The position numbers and the translations under genes were made by a program. Source: an uncultured Chitinophagales bacterium (GTDB taxonomy: Bacteria > Bacteroidota > Bacteroidia > Chitinophagales > JADIYW01). Taken from it: a DNA stretch of 64,000 bases. Shown here one piece after another: positions 60,004-64,000 of the stretch (position 1 is the stretch's first letter; each line of letters begins with the position of its first letter). The notes beneath the pieces are model-generated. The model did not search any database and was not told where the DNA came from. It worked only from the letters and a program-made list of their open reading frames with translations. The stretch is taken from the NCBI GenBank assembly GCA_964507125.1, contig CAZDOT010000003.1, forward strand, positions 916 to 64,915. Direction: 5' to 3'.

Positions 60004-60657
60004 CTATTTTTTTAATTTCTCTTTAAATACTTTTTCAAATTTTTCCAACTTCGGTTGTATTACAAAACGGCAATATCCTTCATTGGGATTGTCGTTGTAA
60101 TAATTTTGATGATAATCATCCGCTTTATAAAATGCTTCCCATTTACTCACTTCTGTAACAATGGGTTGGTCGTACACAGCAGCTTTATTTAGCTCAGCAA
60201 TAATTTCATTTGCTTGGGTTTTCTGTACATCATCGTGATAAAAAATCACAGAACGATATTGTGTACCAATGTCATTCCCTTGCCGGTTTAATGTAGTTGG
60301 ATCATGCATAGTAAAAAACACCTTTAATAATTCAGCAAATGAAATTTTCGATGTGTCGTAGGTAATTTGAATCACTTCTGCATGTCCGGTCATACCACTA
60401 CATACTTCTCTATAAGATGGATTTGATGTGTTGCCTCCACTAAAACCGGATTCCACTTTTACAACACCATCCAAACGTTGAAAGTAGGCTTCCATACACC
60501 AATAACATCCGCCACCAAAGGTGGCAATTGCTTCATTTGTATTCATATTTATCGTTTTATTATTTGCCTGTTGTTTCGTAGCAGAATGAGAATGCACCTT
60601 TGCCGGACCACAGCCCACAATGCCATACAAACCACCTAAAATCAATATCCATTTCAT
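60004..60657 (-). CDS. msrA: peptide-methionine (S)-S-oxide reductase MsrA, lipoprotein form
   Basis: 217 aa with a signal peptide and lipobox (GIVGC) and the catalytic motif GGGCYWCMEA. Confidence 0.9.
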   Translation of the reverse strand: MKWILILGGLYGIVGCGPAKVHSHSATKQQANNKTINMNTNEAIATFGGGCYWCMEAYFQRLDGVVKVESGFSGGNTSNPSYREVCSGMTGHAEVIQITYDTSKISFAELLKVFFTMHDPTTLNRQGNDIGTQYRSVIFYHDDVQKTQANEIIAELNKAAVYDQPIVTEVSKWEAFYKADDYHQNYYNDNPNEGYCRFVIQPKLEKFEKVFKEKLKK

Positions 60658-60781
60658 ATAAAATAAAATAACAAGTTACTATAGTTTTAGTTGGATTTAC
60701 GTAACAATTTTAATAAAAATTAGGAAAGCATACTTCTAATAAGTTGGCGACAATAACCTACATATAAAAAATAATTTCTGT

Positions 60782-60789
60782 TATCTTTG
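60782..60789 (+). promoter_or_regulatory. -7 box TATCTTTG for the double-SDR gene
   Basis: Matches TAnnTTTG, 8 nt upstream of the ATG at 60798. Confidence 0.4.
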
Positions 60790-60797
60790 CTTATATT

Positions 60798-62852
60798 ATG
60801 CCAAAAGCGATTGTAACAGGTGCAGCCGGTCATATTGGGTATCATGTGACTAAACTCCTTTTGAAAAAAAATTACGATGTTCATTTATTGGTACGCAGTA
60901 TCAACACAAATGTAATTGAGCTGGAAGATGCCGGAGCAAAAGTATATCCATGTAATCTTTTTGAAACAAGTTCTTACGCAGACATCATTAATGATGCCGA
61001 TGTACTTTTTCATTTAGCTGCGGAGAACACCACATCGATGGCAAATGCTTCACGTGTATTAGAAAATACCGACAAACTTACACAAGTAATACTTTCCATC
61101 TGCCATGAACAACAAGTAAAAACGGTCATTTACACAAGCTCTGTTGTAGTTATTGGAAGAAGCCCTGAAGCCGGAAAATTATTAACAGAAAAAGATATAA
61201 ATATTTTTCCGGAAAGCCCATATGTATTGGGCAAAATGCAAGCAGAAAAGTTTGTAGTAGATTTTATTCAAAAACACCATTACGATGTTCGAAGAGTATA
61301 TCCATCTTGGGCTGTTGGACCCAACGACGCTAAACTAACACCACCACATAAAGTCATTAAAGATTTCTTAGAGAAAGGTGCTCCTGTTTATTTTGATGGC
61401 GGTATTTCATTGGCATCTGTGGAAGAAATTGCCAATGGACATGTATTGGCTTATGAAAAAGGAAAATTTGCAGAAAACTATATTCTTTCCGGTGAAAACA
61501 TTACGTTTAAGCAACTATACGAATTATTAGTTGCCAACAGCCGACAACGCATGCCACTCTTGAAACTTCCAAAATTCATGATAGTTTTGGCAGCGTGGAT
61601 TTTCACCAAATTATTCCAATTAATTGGAAAAGAATTTCCCATAAGTCCGGATTATGCAAAAGCTGTTGCAGGTTCGTATTCTTGGTATGATTGCACAAAA
61701 GCAAAAACAGAATTGGGCTACCAAACTCGTCCGGCAGAGCAAATAATACAAGAAGCGGTTCGCGATGTACAAAAGAAAATAATGGGCATCCATTTATTAG
61801 GTAAAAAAACAAAACAGACACACACCGTAAACCACACAACAGAATCAGCAGACGACAACACACTTTTAATTACCGGCGTGCCGGGCTGGTTGGGCAATCG
61901 CATGATTGATATTTTAATTAATGGAGATCGATTTGGCAATCATCAAAGCAATAGAAAAGTGCGTATAATGATGGAGCCACATTTCAAAAATCTTATACAA
62001 CTTCCAAAGAATTTCGAGTTCGTTTATGCCGATATTACCAACAAGCAACAAGTAAGTGATGCTGTAAAAAATGTGCAAACAGTTTTCCATTTAGCCGGTG
62101 CCATTTATCCCAAAAATATTGACGTTTTATACAAAGTAAACGAAGATGGAACCAAAAATTTAGTAGATGCCTGCATTGAAAATGGTGTTAAACGTTTTGT
62201 ATTTATGTCCACTGATTCCACTTGTGGGCACGGCACTTCGCAGCAACGTGTGTTTGATGAACATACGCTCGCAACACCGTATAAAAACTATGGAAATAGT
62301 AAATACTTAGCAGAGAAATATGTATTAGACAAAACTAAAGAAGGCAAATTAAATGGAACATCTTTACGCGGATTCTGGTTCTTTGGCCCGTTTGCTCCGG
62401 CACGTCAGCTCACTTTTGTCAATATGTTCTCGTGGCCACGTCAACTTGTTTTTGGCAATGGAAAAAATCTACGAAGTATATCGCATACCGATAATATTAT
62501 TGAAGCATTTTTTCAAGTGGAAAATAATCCAACTACTTTTGGCAATTGGTATTGGATTGGAAACGACCAACCGCATCCAACTGTAGATGATATTTATAGT
62601 GCAATTGCTAAGGCATTTAATGTTACGTACAAACCTTTCTATATTCCAAAATTTGTATGTCGTTGTATGGAATGGGTTGATACGTTTTTAGGAAAATTCA
62701 ACTATCTGCATCCAACCATTCATGCTGCAGGAAAATTTGATTATGACATTGCCGGAAATATAGATAAAGCCAAACGAGATTTTAATTACAATCCTAAAAT
62801 TACGTTGGACGATGCTGCTAAAGAATTAAAAGAAATGACAAACAATTTATAA
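60798..62852 (+). CDS. tandem fusion of two NAD(P)-dependent epimerase/dehydratase (extended SDR) domains
   Basis: 684 aa. Domain 1 has [12 protein letters not shown] plus YVLGK (YxxxK). Domain 2 has [12 protein letters not shown] plus YGNSK (YxxxK). The two are joined by a Thr/His/Asp-rich linker around residue 340-355. Confidence 0.85.
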   Translation: MPKAIVTGAAGHIGYHVTKLLLKKNYDVHLLVRSINTNVIELEDAGAKVYPCNLFETSSYADIINDADVLFHLAAENTTSMANASRVLENTDKLTQVILSICHEQQVKTVIYTSSVVVIGRSPEAGKLLTEKDINIFPESPYVLGKMQAEKFVVDFIQKHHYDVRRVYPSWAVGPNDAKLTPPHKVIKDFLEKGAPVYFDGGISLASVEEIANGHVLAYEKGKFAENYILSGENITFKQLYELLVANSRQRMPLLKLPKFMIVLAAWIFTKLFQLIGKEFPISPDYAKAVAGSYSWYDCTKAKTELGYQTRPAEQIIQEAVRDVQKKIMGIHLLGKKTKQTHTVNHTTESADDNTLLITGVPGWLGNRMIDILINGDRFGNHQSNRKVRIMMEPHFKNLIQLPKNFEFVYADITNKQQVSDAVKNVQTVFHLAGAIYPKNIDVLYKVNEDGTKNLVDACIENGVKRFVFMSTDSTCGHGTSQQRVFDEHTLATPYKNYGNSKYLAEKYVLDKTKEGKLNGTSLRGFWFFGPFAPARQLTFVNMFSWPRQLVFGNGKNLRSISHTDNIIEAFFQVENNPTTFGNWYWIGNDQPHPTVDDIYSAIAKAFNVTYKPFYIPKFVCRCMEWVDTFLGKFNYLHPTIHAAGKFDYDIAGNIDKAKRDFNYNPKITLDDAAKELKEMTNNL

Positions 62853-62877
62853 CGATTTTTCGTTTAAAATAGAACGT

Positions 62878-63651
62878 ATGCAAGATGTACTACAAATAGG
62901 CAATCAATCATTCTCATCCAGAATATTTTTAGGAACCGGAAAATTTGGTTCGGCACAAACCATGCAAGATGCGGTAATCGCTTCCGGAACAGAGTTGGTT
63001 ACTATGGCATTAAAAAGGATTGATTTAAAAAATCAATCCGATAATATTTTAAGTTATCTAAAGAAAACAAACGTACATTTATTACCAAACACGAGTGGTG
63101 TTCGCACAGCGAAAGAGGCAGTATTTGCGGCACAAGCAGCCAGAGAAGCATTAGAAACCAATTGGCTAAAATTAGAAATACATCCGGATCCAAGATATTT
63201 ACTACCCGATGCTATTGAAACACTTAAAGCAGCAGAAGAATTAGTGAAATTAGGTTTTATTGTGTTGCCTTATATTCATGCAGATCCTGTTTTATGTAAA
63301 CGTTTGGAAGAAGTAGGAACACATGCTGTAATGCCATTGGGTTCACCAATTGGCAGCAATAAAGGATTAGAAACAAAAGAATTTCTTCGCATAATTATTG
63401 AGCAAAGTAATGTTCCGGTGATTGTAGATGCCGGCATTGGTGCACCTTCTCATGCTGCATTGGCGATGGAATTAGGAGCAGATGCGGTGTTAGTAAATAC
63501 GGCAATTGCAGTGGCACAGCAACCCGTTGACATGGCAACAGCATTTAAACTTTCGGTACAAGCCGGACGAATGGCTTATCACGCAAAATTAGGTAGCACA
63601 TCCGATAATGCACAAGCCAGCAGCCCAATTTCCGCTTTATTGGATGAATAA
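62878..63651 (+). CDS. thiG: thiazole synthase ThiG
   Basis: 257 aa with [16 protein letters not shown] (Schiff-base Lys context) and [31 protein letters not shown]. Confidence 0.92.
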   Translation: MQDVLQIGNQSFSSRIFLGTGKFGSAQTMQDAVIASGTELVTMALKRIDLKNQSDNILSYLKKTNVHLLPNTSGVRTAKEAVFAAQAAREALETNWLKLEIHPDPRYLLPDAIETLKAAEELVKLGFIVLPYIHADPVLCKRLEEVGTHAVMPLGSPIGSNKGLETKEFLRIIIEQSNVPVIVDAGIGAPSHAALAMELGADAVLVNTAIAVAQQPVDMATAFKLSVQAGRMAYHAKLGSTSDNAQASSPISALLDE

Positions 63652-64000
63652 TTACGTTGGATTTTGGATGTTGTTATCTCGTAATGTATAAGACAATAAC
63701 AGGAGCCCGACAACTGCGGATAACACCGAACCGATAATAATAGATAATCGTGCAACATTGGCACTTTCCGGCTCGCGAAACGATAATGCCGTAAAAAACA
63801 AAGACATTGTAAAGCCAATACCTGCCAGCAAGCTTACTGCAAAAATATCTTTTATATCCGAATTATCTTGAAGTGCACAAAGTTTGGTTTTTAATCCAAG
63901 ATAAACCATCATACTAATTCCAATGGGTTTACCCAAAAATAATGCCAACACAATACCCAAACTTAATGGTGAAGTTAAATGTGCCAAGCTATCGGTAGAT
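63652..64000 (-). CDS. nhaA: Na+/H+ antiporter NhaA, C-terminal part (5-prime end lies beyond the right window edge)
   Basis: The translation ...LTSPLSLGIVLALFLGKPIGISMMVYLGLK...AGIGFTMSLFFTALSF matches the NhaA C-terminal helices. The frame stays open to position 64000. The stop directly abuts the thiG stop. Confidence 0.85.
   Translation of the reverse strand, partial: STDSLAHLTSPLSLGIVLALFLGKPIGISMMVYLGLKTKLCALQDNSDIKDIFAVSLLAGIGFTMSLFFTALSFREPESANVARLSIIIGSVLSAVVGLLLLSYTLRDNNIQNPT

Noticed and set aside
1-64000. Search for rRNA, tRNA, CRISPR arrays, IS elements, integrases, phage or defence-system genes
   Set aside because: No tRNA-like T-arm/acceptor patterns, no spaced direct-repeat arrays, and no transposase, integrase or nuclease-like ORFs were seen. 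Every long ORF is accounted for by a housekeeping family.

Overview
AT-rich (about one-third GC by eye) core chromosomal segment of a Bacteroidota-type genome. The assignment rests on the FtsL-like and DUF5686/DUF5684-type genes, the absence of Shine-Dalgarno sequences, and recurrent TAnnTTTG -7 promoter boxes. Contents, left to right: (1) a tightly packed minus-strand cluster of exported proteins (thioredoxin-like CxxC protein, ApbE flavin transferase, a 72-aa CGC-tailed lipoprotein, and a DUF3570-like barrel that is truncated by the window edge). (2) A complete dcw cell-wall and division cluster on the plus strand, mraZ-rsmH-ftsL-ftsI-murE-mraY-murD-ftsW-murG-murC-ftsQ-ftsA-ftsZ, with no murF or ddl, preceded by a clear MraZ-box operator. 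(3) A TerC-family gene and carA. (4) The whole str-S10-spc-alpha ribosomal-protein super-operon on the minus strand (rpsL to rplQ, 20.4-38.8 kb). This includes rpmJ and rpmD, which I translated by hand because they are too short for the ORF track. (5) About 25 kb of assorted housekeeping genes: DUF2157-like and DUF5686-like envelope proteins, pepP, recO, prfA, SDR, yceI, an msbA-like ABC exporter, rbfA, a lolE-like permease, guaB, recG, an amidase, a second terC, msrA, a fused double SDR, thiG and a partial nhaA. I found no rRNA, tRNA, CRISPR array, IS element, integrase or phage gene, and no convincing defence-island-like novel system. The window is mostly ordinary core genome. The observations most worth a second look are: the uncharacterised ApbE-centred exported redox cluster; a second, inverted array of MraZ-like boxes upstream of the dcw operator; a structured region with a second promoter upstream of rpsL; an unusually long rpsN-rpsH spacer; and a 684-aa tandem fusion of two intact extended-SDR domains followed 25 nt later by an orphan thiG. 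All functional calls come from reading the translations and the DNA by eye. No database search was run.
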